Shown piece by piece: positions 51,191 through 64,000 of a stretch of 64,000 nucleotides of DNA. Within the stretch, counting starts at the first letter, position 1. Each line of letters starts with the position of its first letter. This DNA comes from Gnetum montanum (Eukaryota; Plantae; Gnetophyta). The notes below the pieces were generated by a model. That model was not told where the DNA came from, searched no databases, and saw only the letters and a program-made list of their open reading frames with translations. A program made the translations under genes and the position numbers. The DNA is taken from positions 454,110 through 518,109 of the forward strand of contig MNCI01002538.1 of assembly GCA_015680685.1 (NCBI GenBank), written 5' to 3'.

Positions 51191-54100
51191 GTTTGCAGTC
51201 AACCATCAATGCATCCTTTCATTGTTCCACAAGTGAGTGAGCAAGCATCACCCTTTTCCACCTTCTACAATGCATAGGTGGGCATGTTTTAGAGTCATAA
51301 TGGAGCACTTGTCACAAGTGTAGCCTTTAGAGCACTCACAACATCTTTTCCCCCTACCATTTTGCTGGCTTTTGAGCACTTGTCACTAACACAACCTTTG
51401 GAGCACTTGCATCATCTTCACCCCCTACATTTAGTGGCTTTTTGAGCACCTATAGTAGGTGTAGCCTTTGGAGAACTTGCAACATCTTCACCCCCTACAT
51501 TTTATTTTCATTTTATGTTGTGTGGTTTTCTTATCTTCTCTAAGTTATGTTTTCAAGATGAAGCCCCATGTCATCATGCAAAGGCATATCTCATTGCAAC
51601 AGTAGGTCACCACAGTACTCAGATGTGCATGATTAGACTAGTTGAGCCTCTCAACAGTGCATGCCCCTCCCCCTTATCCTGTTATAACCTATCCTCATCC
51701 ACTCCTGCATTTTAATACTCTCTCATTTACCACCTAGCCAAGATTGCAAACCTTCCTAGATGCTCACATGCTATGATTGCATGGCATCCTTCTCACACAT
51801 CTCATGAAACACCAAGCTTTCCAAGATGGATGTAACATAATTTGTCACATAGGAAGCCTTTGTCAACCAATCAAAGCCTAGGAAAATGTAACATAAGTCA
51901 TCTCGAGGAGAAAACACCTGTCATATAGATGTCATGCAATTTCATCAATGATGAAGCAAAGCCCATCTAGTGATATGAAACTCACTTAATGGAAAGCACT
52001 TTACTTCATAGCAAGCATTCAACAAAGTGTAGAGCCCAAAGAAGGTTCACGGTACAACAAAAAAGAAAAAAAACAAGAGCAAAGGGGAAAAAGCACATCC
52101 CAAAGCAACCTATCAACAAAGTAATTTTGCAACCTGCTCAACCTTGAATCTACACCTTGACTCTCTCATAAGCACTTCAACAAGAGGTCACCATGTTCAA
52201 GGGTAATCCACTCTAGTTCCATGGCAACCATCAACCATGAGGTACATGCATCAAAATATCCTCACTTGCATCCTACCTTCCCCTTTTTATCCCCTACACC
52301 TTCTCTCACTTTCCACCTACTATTTGGCATACCACTTTCCACAACACTCTTGAGAATATTGTAGTGACATCCAACCTTGCACTAAAGAGTGATGTGGATG
52401 CCAAGCCTACTGTGGTGTTTTATTGTTCTTTGTCGATGTCTCTGGGGACACTCTTTTAAAGGATCCAATGAAACATCATCAAACTTGGACTACAATGTCT
52501 CAACTATAAATTTGGCTAAGTGTTGAGACTACGCTTGACCCTAGTTGAGAGTGTAGTCAGCCTCCAATGGAGAGCATATTCAACACAAAGGCCAATTTTA
52601 TAATTTTTTTTCTAAGTGTTACCACAAAGCCAATTGCTACAACGTTTTCTAAGTGCTAGGACTATACTCTCTACTACCCTAGAGCATAGTCAACTTCTTG
52701 TGGAGAGTGTACTCAACATGAAGGCCTAGTTTCCATAGAGTTTTTGAAGTGTTGAGACTACGCTTCTCCCCCCCCGCCAACCTAGAGCATAGTCAAGTAA
52801 AGTCAATCAGAAGCTACTTTCCACAAGTTTTGACAAGTGCTAGGACTATGCTCACCCCCAATCAGAAGTGTAGTTAGCCTCCAATGAAGAGTGTAGTCAA
52901 CACATGGCCAATCTTCTACAAATTTTTTCTAAGTGTGAGACTACACTCTCCCCTAGTCTAGAGTGTAGTTAAGTATAGTCAACTAGAATAGCCTCAAGTG
53001 GCCTTCACAGCATGGCAACACCATTCAACTTAGCTATGACTCATCTTTAGCAAGCATAGTTAGCAAAGTGCATCTCTTTGGTATCTCCTTCTGTCCCGAA
53101 AACTAGAACTATGCTCTATCCCTTGTAAGATAGTGGAGAGAATATTCCTAAAGAATAGTTTCCAAAATTTCATTTTTCCAGGTACCTTGTGGTCCTCTTG
53201 ACACACGCACATGGAATTGGTAGTGTAGTCACAGTTTCACAGTCTCATAGAGTCTAGCAAAGCATAGTGAGGCACAACACTAGTAGTACATCACATGAAT
53301 AGTGATTATACTTAGTGTAGTCCTAACCATCCCCTTTGCCATGTGGCAATCACCTTGCATTTTATGCTAAACCTAACCTTATAAATACCCTCACCCTCAA
53401 TGTTTTCAAGGTTGGAAAATTTGAAGTGTTGGCAAATTTCAAAGTTCACAAATTAGCAAACCAAAGACTTGGCAAATCTAAGGAGTGCTTGGGAGAGATC
53501 TAAAGGCATATTGACGAAGTTGTAGACCACCATAGCCTACCACAGTCCACAATACACTATGATAGCCAACTTGGTAGACACAAACATCCCAACAAAACTT
53601 TAGTCTTCATATCTAAACACCTCCAAGATTGTGACTATGCTATCCACTGTGCCTGTTGTGCATCATATACATTCTAACTTCTTTTGGTATTAACTACACT
53701 CAACTGCATTTTGGGTGGTGTTCTATTTCTTCTCTCTCTCTCTCTCTCTTTGCATTTTTAGCATTTCATTTGCATTTTTCACTATTTCATTACATAGATA
53801 CACCTAAAACTATGCTAGGGTGGTAGTCTCCACATGTTGGCACTATCATTTTTTCCAAAAACCTAACTATGCTATACCCCATTAACACCACTTAAACACT
53901 TAGCACCATTTTGCATCAATGTCGCGACTAACAACACTACACCCTGATTGCATCTAATAAGTCCTTGTTTGATCGACAAGACTATTTAGGGCATCCTATC
54001 TCTACCTCCAAAATGCCCTCATGCAAACTCAACGTTAGGCTATATGCCCATGAACCTCTTGGTGTTCTAGCCATTGATGTTTTTAGTTATTATAATATCC

Positions 54101-56452
54101 AACCATGGGAGTAGGAGTTTAGGTGTGGATACCTAAAGCTTAACTCTACCCTGCAACCACACATAACAACATCACCTTTGATTTGAATATTCAGTCTACC
54201 ATTGTAATTTACATGGCTACCACAAACCACCTACTATCAAGATCAAGTTTATTAGATTAATTTGTTTGAATTTTAGGCTACATATCACCATCAATTACCC
54301 ATGAAAGATTTCTACTAGTCAAGGATCCCAAAAGGAAAGGTTCTACAACTTATCCTATCTCAAGAATTTTCATCAAAAAACATATCATCAAGGCATGCCA
54401 AGATCACCAAAATACAAAGCATCAATTTGGGAGCACCATAAGTAAGAACATGCCCTAACCTCCTTATTACAAAACTATTTAGAACAATAGGATTTGTAAT
54501 AGAGCTTTGAAAATATCTCATATCAGGGAATAGAGGCCACTTAGATACATAGAGAGGAGGTGCTTCAAGGATAAGCACAAGATACCACCGTACATCAAGT
54601 TTGGCCTTATCACAGGGTGTGGCATAGGCCTACAATAAGGGGACCATTGATTCTCATAGAGAAACAACATCTAACACTTCAATGTGCATGATTTGTTGAA
54701 ATTTAATGCATCACAATCTTATATACTCAATGGTAGGAATACATTTGGTAAGTATAATACATTATATTTGTGAATGCTGCCCAAGCCTAGAAGGCTATAG
54801 GACAAGCTACTCGAGCCCATCCTAAGCTGAAGGGTTTAGACCACAAGAAGCAACACCAAAGCCACATCATGTTATTCTAAGAAAAACCTATCTCTATCTT
54901 TTCATGTACATGGACAACTATTGTACTACATCCATTTCAAGACTATCATTGAAAGAAAATAAACCGAGACATGAATGCAATGATTGAAGAACATACAACA
55001 CCATCTGACAATCCACCACCTACCATAGTGGAAAATTAAGGAATTAGCCCTTGCTAGGCCATCAATATTTGGCATGGCCAAGGATATTATTCTATGCCAT
55101 TTTATAATTCAATATCTGTAACATCTAGGATGGATCATCATCCTCTATTAGTGCCCACCTGGCATTGAGAGGTAAACAAATCAGGATGTATCTATTGCTT
55201 GAGCACAGTAATGGTACTGATAAATCCACAACCAAATGTAGGGATTCCAAGACCATGTAACCAATTCATGAATGCCTTGAGAGCATGTATCTTCCCCATA
55301 GACATAGTGCTTACAAAATCAATTAAGGTCACCACTATTAGCATCTTTGTACATGTGCTACATGTAAGGCCAAGACAGTAACTTGAAATAGAAGAGTTAG
55401 TAGGAACATTATCAACACATTAGCCTCATATACCCCATCAAGCATGATCACATAATAGAGAAATATCAATCTCACAACACCATAGAGAGAAAGATCTCAA
55501 TAACATACAAAGAGATCAATCATGTAAGACTTGATGGGTTAATTAGATATACTTACACAAAATAATTTATCATGAGGCACAGTAATAGAGAGAGAACTGG
55601 AACACTCTCAAAATTTCAAAGATTCAAAAACAACAAATGTACCCAACCACTAACACTGGTTCCCACCAAGATCAAAATCACAACAAATTCACAAGAGGCA
55701 TGGGCACAAGAAAATCATTATCTCAACTTAAAGCATAAGAAGGAAGACCAAGGTCTAGTCAACAATAGGTCTCAATAAAGCTCCAATTCTCACTACAAAG
55801 AGAAACATTAGAGAGGATGCATCCACAAGGGAAGATTCTCATCAAAAGAGGTGAGGTCTTAATAAGAATTAACAATGGGATGATCTGTTATAAAAGGTCT
55901 CGAAATCAAAATGCCCAAAGAAATATCACCAACCAAAGAAGTGATGCCATGAAACCAAGGGCAACACAACCAACTCAAATAAGAAAACACAACACTTGAA
56001 AGATCCACAACAAGGGAATTCATAACTGAAGCACAAGAGGTTATCAAAATAAGGACCATAACAAGTTGATCTTGGAATGGCACACATGGCCTTAAATGGA
56101 TTCTCAACAATCCCAACAATAAGTTATCACCCAATGTAGAGCACAAAGCTTTGTGTTACAAACAATAGATGTGAAAAGAGAGATATGCATGCAAAATTTG
56201 AAAATGTAACCAAGGAAGATATGCCTACACAACTAGAAAAATATACAATTGCAAACACAAACATACAAAGTATACTAGTGATAGTCTTGATCCATTCAGA
56301 ATAAGGCTCACTAGGAGGACATGTCCAAAGGCCCTCCATCTTGAGGTACTTGGAAACGAACATGTTCAAATTTTTAATTCACATACTCAATGTATCTAAG
56401 GTGAGTGGGGGTGTAATGATACTACATCCTACATAATCCAATCAATTTCATC

Positions 56453-57798
56453 TTGATACATGTCATTTGGGTGGAGACCGAAGTAGAGACTAGGTCCAAT
56501 TCATCTTAGATGAACTACTAAACCACTAGAGACTAGAGGTAAGAGCTCTTTGGGCAACAAAAATTTATAAGTTGCAAATAGAACTCTCCTTTGCCATATC
56601 GAAGTAAAATCATAACTAGTCCAACCACAACTGAGTCAATGGAGGACAACACCAAAATGAAATCATATACATCCTCTAGTAAGAACAACATAAATGGACT
56701 GCTAACACCATAGCATCATCCCTATAATGAAAATCTTAAGAGTCTTACCATAAGGAAGCTCTTCTAAGAGTACATGAGGATATGATCCTATATAACCAAG
56801 ATATATATTCAAAAGGACCATAAATATGGAACCTCAATAGTATAATACTACCAGAGGGTACACACTCATGACAACATGACACCAAAATTCTCTAATCCCA
56901 CTTGTAACAATGTTTCCTTGACACTATCTGTCACCCCAAGGAATGCACTAAGATCTAATGGATCTAGGGTGGAAAACCTATGGAATATGCCTCTAAAAAA
57001 GAAGTTAATCCTTGGAAGGGAGTGAGAAACACAACTTCTCAACAAGAGAATACATATCAAGGAGAACGTCTAAACTCTGAAAGAGGACATAGCAAACAAG
57101 TACTAAAGAAACCCTATAGGCATCATTGGTGGAATCAAAGATGATGTATTGATACATGTCATCTAGGTGGAGACCAAGGTAGAGACTAGGTCCAATTCAT
57201 ATCAGATGAATCACAAAACCACTAGAGACTATAGGTAAGAGCTCCTTGGGTAACAAAAATTTATAAGTTATAGATAGAACTCTCCTCCACCGTATCAAAG
57301 TAAAACAACAACTAGTCCAACCACAAGTGAATCAATGGAGGACAACACCACAATGCAATCGTATACATCCTCTAGTAAGAACAACATACATGGACTACTA
57401 ACACCATAGCATAAGCCTTGTAATGAAAAGCTTAAACATGAGGATATGATCCTATATCACCAAGATATATATTCAGAAGGACCATAAATATGGAACCTTG
57501 ATAGTATAAAACTACTGGAGGGTACACGCTCATCACAACATGACAATAAAATGCTTCGATACCACCTGTAATAATGTTTCCTTGAGATTGTCTGTCACCC
57601 TAAGGAATGTAGTAAGATCTAATGGATCTAGGATAGAAGACCTCGGGAATATGCTTCTAAACAAGCAAGCAATCCTTGGAAGGGAGTGAGTGACACAAGT
57701 TCTTAACAAGAGAATACATATCAAGGAGAACCTCTAAACATCAAATGAGGACTTAGCAAACAAGTATAAAAGCAACCGTGTAGACATCATCGGTGGAA
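56453..57798. repeat. ~0.68-kb tandem duplication covering LTR 3' part, PBS and leader
   Basis: TTGATACATGTCAT.T.GGTGGAGACC starts at both 56453 and 57149, and the units stay colinear to CATCAT.GGTGGAA. The paralogous ORFs 56866-57060 and 57533-57724 reflect this duplication. Confidence 0.9.
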
Positions 57799-58135
57799 GG
57801 GGAGATTATGTATGTATAAGGGACACCTCACCCAAATACCTCATGATCTGGTATAAGGTTTTCCAAGGCACCACACCAAAACTATCCAATCCTAGTTGTC
57901 TACATATCTGCAACCACAGTAGAATCAGGGCCATGTAGTTCTCCATGTAAGGGTAGTATGAAGAGCACTTACAAAGGGATGCAACAGGAGGGATTCCTAC
58001 TACTAGCTTGGTACCACCAAGCCTAGATGGATTTTCTAACACTTGAGTGCTACTCAAGGGCACATTAGAGTGTTCCATGGTCCCTAAACCATGGGAAGAG
58101 ACTAGTAGAACCTCCATCATGGGACATCTCTCACA
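57553..58135 (-). mobile_element. 5' LTR (57567-58135) plus tRNA-iMet PBS
   Basis: Minus strand TGTGAGAG...TTATTACA, then GG, then TGGTATCGAAGC. Same family as 290-886. Confidence 0.8.
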
Positions 58136-58138
58136 TTA

Positions 58139-58432
58139 ATGATTATATTAACTTATGAAGTGAACATCATAACCATGACTAAGTGTAGACAACACATGCT
58201 TTTGATTGAAAAATTTATAACCCATCTAGACTTTCATGTAGAGCTCCCCATAAAAATTTTGAGTGATAACATCTTAGCTATCCAACTATCAAATAATCAT
58301 GTTCTCTATAAACATTCTAAAGAATTTGACATTAAGTACTTCTTCATAAAACAAGAAGTAAAGGAGAACAACATTAAATCCATACATGTGAATTCAAATA
58401 ATAAATTGATTAATTTCTCTTTTACATTATAG
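58139..58432 (+). mobile_element. Ty1/copia RNase H C-terminal remnant
   Basis: PIKILSDNILAIQLSNNHVLYKHSKEFDIKYFFIKQEV matches copia DN.SAI.L..NPV.H.RSKHIDIKYHFIRE. It is cut on the left by the LTR ending at 58135. Confidence 0.8.
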
Positions 58433-60739
58433 GAATGGGTATCTTTGCCATTGTATAGCCATCATGAAGACTATAAACCCAAGAGAACAATAATAATAAA
58501 CTTGTATTCTACCCTAAAGAAAGAATTGTTAATAATAGTATGTAATGAAAGTATTATTTTTAGTCTATTTTGTAACTTAGAAACCAAGGAAGTCATGTAT
58601 CATTCTTATCATCACTTAAAGTAAGAAAATAAAATTAATTTTTAAAAATTTTATAAATTGATGGATAGATGCACTTGTGTATGCTCTAATTAATGATTAT
58701 TTTTAAATTTTATTTATTATTATTAATGGAAAATGACTTTTTAGCATCCCCTAGTATGGCACCAATTATTTTCAATAAATAAAACGTTCATACTATGTTA
58801 TAATGCTTATTAGAACTAAAAATAAATATTGTGAACAAATTTCCCTTGACATTCTCATCTACTCTTCATCTACCATTATCTCCTTTCACATTCATTCTAA
58901 CTTTAACTATCTTCAACAATGTTTCAACATTTCCATTCATCATTTCATGTCACATTTGGCTTTCATATTTGGGTTCATAAAAAATTTCTACAATAGCACT
59001 TCTTTGACAATCTTAGAGGATAATTATCATTGCTCAAGTAATTCATCATCAAGAAGCTTAAGCATCAATGAAAATTTTGAAATCTATATAAAAAAATTCA
59101 AAATTTAGTATTTGTTGCTATCTCTAAAACATAACATTTTTATGTTAATAAAGATCATATATAAATTTTCTTTATGTTTCTAAACTTCTACATTAATTAT
59201 CATATCAAGAAAATAGTCCCTATAGTTAATCTCTTTAGAAAAAATCTTTTTTTTTTTTATATCGTTAACTTAAGTCTATGATGCTACTGTATAACTCTCT
59301 TTCAAAGCTTCATGATATCACATATGTATTATAACATATAATAATAAAAATACTCATTGACAATGAATAATAAATAATTTTATTTTTAAAAAATAATTTA
59401 TATATTAAGGGACTAATTTCAGTTTTCTTTTAATACTAGATAAGTCAAAATAGCTTTAAAAAAAGAAAAGCATAAAAATGTACAATTGTATTTGCATCCA
59501 TATGTAATTGATTTTATATTGGAAGTTTTACATATATTTGTTAGAACCCAAGTCTACCAATTCAAAAGTAACACCTGCTAGTTGTAGTTGGGCATAGTAT
59601 AGAGCCTTATACCACTTATTATTTAATGCATGAATGCATCATGTGTTATCATAGATTACAATGGGATATAATCTTACCTTGTGAATACACCATATCTTGT
59701 CATACATTGTAATTAAAGTAAGAGATCAATTTTGAAGTATTTAATCTCTTTTTCTTTAAAGAAAATTATTTTACTTCTTATTATTATGAAATTTTATTTC
59801 ATTTTTCAATTTTCATTTTTAATGTAAATATATGTTAAATTTTTAAAAAAATTTAACACTTTAATTTTAAATATTAAAAAAATAATTATACAAACAAGTT
59901 TTCTCCTATCTTAACTAAAATGTATCACATGAGTAAATTTAAAACTTAGAATCTATTACATAAGAAACATTAGTTTGGAAACATTTCAAAATCAACCTAA
60001 AGTAAGAATAGTTATCAATTAGAAATTTTAAAAACTATTTTTTTCATTTTAAGTAATCAATTAACAATGAAGCATTATCCTAATAGTAAGACACTTGATT
60101 TGGAAGCTCCAAGTCATAAGTTCAATTCCAATGGCTAATGCTAATTTATATAAAGTTCTAATTGGACTGTATATCTTGGGGTGTACCTATGTTTCATTTA
60201 TTACAAGTTTTAATGCCCCATCATTTTGAGGAATCAATTCATAATTAGAATCTAGATTTTCATGCCTAATCTAAAAAAAATCTATTGTTATTTTGTTTCT
60301 AAGTATTTAATCCTTTATTAATTCTTTAGGAAGTTAAGAAGAAAAATTTTCGTCTTGTTGACCCATTAAGCATATGGATTTTCTTTTTTACTATTTAGTT
60401 CTCATAAATGTTTGTTTGTATAGAGCAATCCTCTTTACTACAAAATGCAATTGATATTACAAGCAAGTAAGAAGACTTATATTCAACTAATTACATGTTA
60501 TAATCTTACTAATTTTTGTAACTTTTTTGTATCATGAAGGAAATTTTTATTAATGTATATCTTTTTTTACTCAAGGAAAATGAATTTAACCAAATAAAAA
60601 ATATATTAAGTATATGTAAAAATTAAACTAAACGTAAGAAGAGAAAAAATATGTTAAATTTAATAATAGGAAAAAATAAAAAAAGTGAAGGATAGAAAAA
60701 CCAATCTAAATTTGATGATAGATAAAAAATAAGTCATAG

Positions 60740-61060
60740 CAGAGAAACTAAAGGAGATAGAAGCTTCTATATATATATATATATATATAACTTTACTACA
60801 TAAAGTACTGATATGATAAATTCATTCTTATTTGAAAATGAAACTGAAACTGAAAGTAAAATTTTTTAATATCTTTTACAATTTTTTTTTTAAATTTATA
60901 TTGCATCAATAGAGAAACTTAAGGAGATAGAAGCTTCTATATATGTTTTTAACTTTACTACTCAAGTAGAGAAACTAAAGGAAATAAAAGCTTCTATATA
61001 CATTTTTAACTTTACTACATGAAGTATTGATACGACAAATTCATCCTTATCTAATAATGA
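60740..61060. repeat. Local imperfect triplication with a (TA)n microsatellite
   Basis: AGAGAAACT(T)AA(A)GGA.ATA.AAGCTTCTATATA...AACTTTACTAC at ~60741, ~60911 and ~60968. Confidence 0.8.
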
Positions 61061-61468
61061 AATTGTAAGTTCATAATTTCTTTGATGGAATTTTTTAAGA
61101 ATTTATAACTTTTATATATANAAAAGATACAAATTATTGCTACCTAGTAGAATCATGCCTATGACTTAGGATTAAAAAGCAAAGACTCTTATCATTAAGC
61201 TAATACCTCATTTTTCAATAATTATAATATTAATATTAATAAGTAGCTTATCACTAATGGTAATGGTTCATAATAAAATGACAAGTATCTAAAGATAGCA
61301 AATTAAAGAACAAAGTTATAAACATTAATAAGCAAGATCTGGATAGACTTCAAACATAAAGCTATTAACAAACAAAGCTCAGAGTTGAAGTAGAGTTAAG
61401 AATTAAGCTGGAGCTTAGAATAGGGATAGAGAAACCATTGAAGAGTGTATAAAAGCTTCAAAATCCTC

Positions 61469-64000
61469 ATGAAAATAGCCAAGACGTTGAATAAAGAGAA
61501 GAAAGAGGATCTCCAAAAGTTTCAGGATCTATATACCTTTGCTTTCTATAATTACTTACAACAATTGAATTGAACAGCTATCAAGTCCATCAATGGATTG
61601 ATGTGCCATGCATGAAGCTAGAAGTAGAAGAGGTAGACCTATTTAATTTTAATGAAGACCATGATTTTGTAAAGAAATTAGGCCTCCAATCTACAAAATC
61701 AATGTAGGAATGGTGAGAAATTTATGAGAAAATAGGGCTACATAAGCTTGGTTTCAATCTTAGGGTAAACATAATAAGGGATATCCTAAATCACTTGATA
61801 GTAAAGACAATTTATGAGAAGGGAAAAATGCAGTTTAGGAGTAACATCGAGCACTTTATTAACATTAGTGTTAAAAAGGCATATGAGCTCTATGGGATAA
61901 TTGAGCTAGTTATTACTGAAATAGAAGCTCGATAGTATAATGAGGATGTACTCAGCAATAAATTCTAAAATCATCATAAATCCAAAAGGAGCATCAAGCT
62001 ACCAATAGCTATTTAGAAAAGGTCTAGTGGTACAAAAATACCATTTCCAAATGTTTGGAGCTTAGGCTTCCCCATAAAATATTTCTTTCTACTTTTAATT
62101 TTTGTCCTGGCTATGAGGTCAATACTATTGTTGATTACCATGTCTAGGCCTAGATATCTTTAGAAAATAAAAGGCATTTCTTTCCTATATAATATATGAA
62201 TAATGTGCTACAACAGAATCGATTTGAGATTCATGAGCAAGGGTTTCAATTAAGCCTTAGCTCATTTTTGTTAAACCATTTTCTAAGCCTAAGAGAATAG
62301 CTCTAATTTTTGTAAGCTATGCATTGCAAAGAAGAGCTTGCCTAGAGGATCCTTGCTATGACTTATTTCCAATCATTTACTAGAGGAGCTACTTCAATGC
62401 ATAGGATTTGGAATTTTTGATGAATTGTATTTACCCTCACCTAATAAAGTTGATTTTAGGAGCTTTTCTTCCAAGGATCAACTAGTAGGTTGTTAATGAA
62501 ATAAGGGGAAAATGCCATGAAGCTTTCTTTCTTCATTCTCATTACACCGAGATCCTCATAGCAAGATTTGAGGGAAATCCTTTCAAGATACCAAGATTTG
62601 TGACCCCTTATTTGTTTACAAGCATAAGAAGGTTTTATACCTTAAATATGAATTTTGGAAATTCATTAATTTTTAGCATTTCAGAGCTATGGCTAGGAGA
62701 TATATGGAGCAATGTAACTTTCCTGAAGCTTAGAAGCGAATATACTCCACTATCAAGACTAGAAAGTTTCATTAGCTAGATGATACCAATGTAGTCTATT
62801 TCAAAGCTACTAACAAAGAGGTCAATTAGGCCAAAGAGGAAGCTCCACAATAGTTGAAAAAAATCCTATCAATGAAGTTATTGATTGCAACCTATGATGC
62901 CCTAGTTATTGAAGTATGTAGATGGATGGAGAATAAAGATCACCCTTTGGCTATAAATTTCTCAAAAAATCACCTAGCTATAATGGAAGAAAATTATTTT
63001 TCTTAAAACCTCCTAGAGCCAAAGAATAGCATGCATGATGAGAGGTTTCCCCTTGATGGAGCTAAATATGCCAGAATAAGAACCATGAGAAAGGCCAAAG
63101 TTGAACAAGCTAGGGCTAAGAAGGAACAACAATAATTACAGTAGCAACTACAAGAGAAAAAGTTGAAAGAGCAGCAATAGTAGTAGCTATTAGAATAAAA
63201 AAAATTAATAGAGCTATAGCTACATCAGTAGCTACTAGAACAGTAAAATTGATAGAGCTAAAGCTACAACAGCAACAACAAAATAAGGAAGAAACCTCAT
63301 CATATGCCCTTACTATTCTAAGTTTTCATTTGGAATATTTAATGAAAGGAGCAACATGATCATTTAAGATTAAAAAGAAATAAGGTAGAATCATATTAAT
63401 CTAGAAGCTTCATACCAAACTTGACATAGAAGCTAGTATCATCTTTTAATATAAGGAGGATGATCCGTAAACGGAGAAGCCAAAGCTTGTGATGTCACAT
63501 AAAGAGATATCATATACAATAGCTACTTTGACTAAGGATATGGAACACATAGATAATGGTCAAATAGCTAAACTGAAAAAATTTATTGTGCAAAATTAAC
63601 AAGAGACATCCAAGCTACCATAGAAGATGAAAAGCTTAAGAGAATAAAATGAACAACTAAAAGAAATGATAACCATCAAGGAATCATTGCTAGAAAATAA
63701 AGAACATGAGGCAACTTAAATAGAGGAGAGATTGGTTATCACCAACCTTTAATTGAAGAAAGCCAAAAAGGGGAAGGCCCTAAATTATTCATACTTAGCT
63801 TAACCAAAGATGTAATTGTAAAGGTTAATTACAATAGAGAATGGATATGAAAAACTTAGGAAGAAATTAGGGGAATGAAGAGCAAACAAGCTATTTTTCT
63901 GGAGATGGAGAGAAGAGGCCAAAAGCTATATGATATAGCTAGAGCAAAAAGGAATGTACTAACACAATACAAACAAGGCTTTCTAGATATAATGATGATG
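61469..64000 (+). pseudogene. Long decayed ORF of unknown, probably transposon-associated, origin with a Gln/Glu/Lys-rich C-terminal part
   Basis: Long stretches read in one frame with scattered stops (e.g. HQWIDVPCMKLEVEEVDLF...EKIGLHKLGFNLRV). Strong purine skew, and CAA/CAG/TAG triplet runs at 63120-63285. No family motif recognised. Confidence 0.4.

Larger units (their letters stand above)
44028..54105 (+). mobile_element. Non-autonomous Tat/Ogre-type element: LTR, leader ORF, gag, protease, repeat arrays, LTR; no RT, RNase H or integrase
   Basis: ~1.65-kb direct repeats at 44028-45680 and 52469-54103 (3' LTR probably starts at TG ~52194; TATAAATA at ~44932 and ~53380). Gag FIKYNDEGEPNVHL (~47090); knuckle FCHYHQLANHNTNFC (~48000); protease RMHIDDRVATNVIP and NLILIKPWLAQLWAISSPIH. 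Possible decayed PBS at ~45784-45802. Confidence 0.85.

Noticed and set aside
290-58135. One giant element bounded by inverted terminal repeats
   Set aside because: The repeats are LTRs with their own PPT and PBS, are strongly diverged, and show no shared TSD.
58800-59450. hAT transposase C-terminal remnant on the minus strand
   Set aside because: Only vague similarity (KKR and YD-like residues, acidic tail) in very AT-rich sequence; not enough to call.

Overview
AT-rich land-plant nuclear DNA (species not identifiable from sequence alone), mostly old, nested and decayed transposable elements around one host gene. The gene is a 7-exon cysteine-rich receptor-like kinase (CRK, two DUF26/Gnk2 domains, 9856-13847, +). 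Its ectodomain exon is intact, but exon 2 carries two stops and the kinase exons carry frameshifts, deletions and a ~1 kb hAT-type insertion with an 8-bp target-site duplication (TSD). The surrounding elements are: a CRM-like Ty3/gypsy (gag-protease), an RTE LINE, several Ty1/copia remnants including a two-LTR SIRE-type element, a Tekay-like gypsy, an Athila-like gag-protease, a Tat/Ogre-type pol with the extra archaeal-type RNase H, and a related pol-less Tat/Ogre element with ~31-bp repeat arrays. The most unusual observations are: (1) a CRK that may now encode a secreted DUF26 protein; (2) a decayed spliced antisense gene back-to-back with the Tat/Ogre RT; (3) 'TAAACTAGCA' repeats on both sides of pol that adjoin in the pol-less element; (4) decayed GACGTC palindromes at ~20-bp spacing in both Copia and Gypsy LTRs; (5) a probable mis-oriented 412-bp contig. 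All calls come from manual translation and motif recognition; no database searches were run and TE boundaries are approximate.
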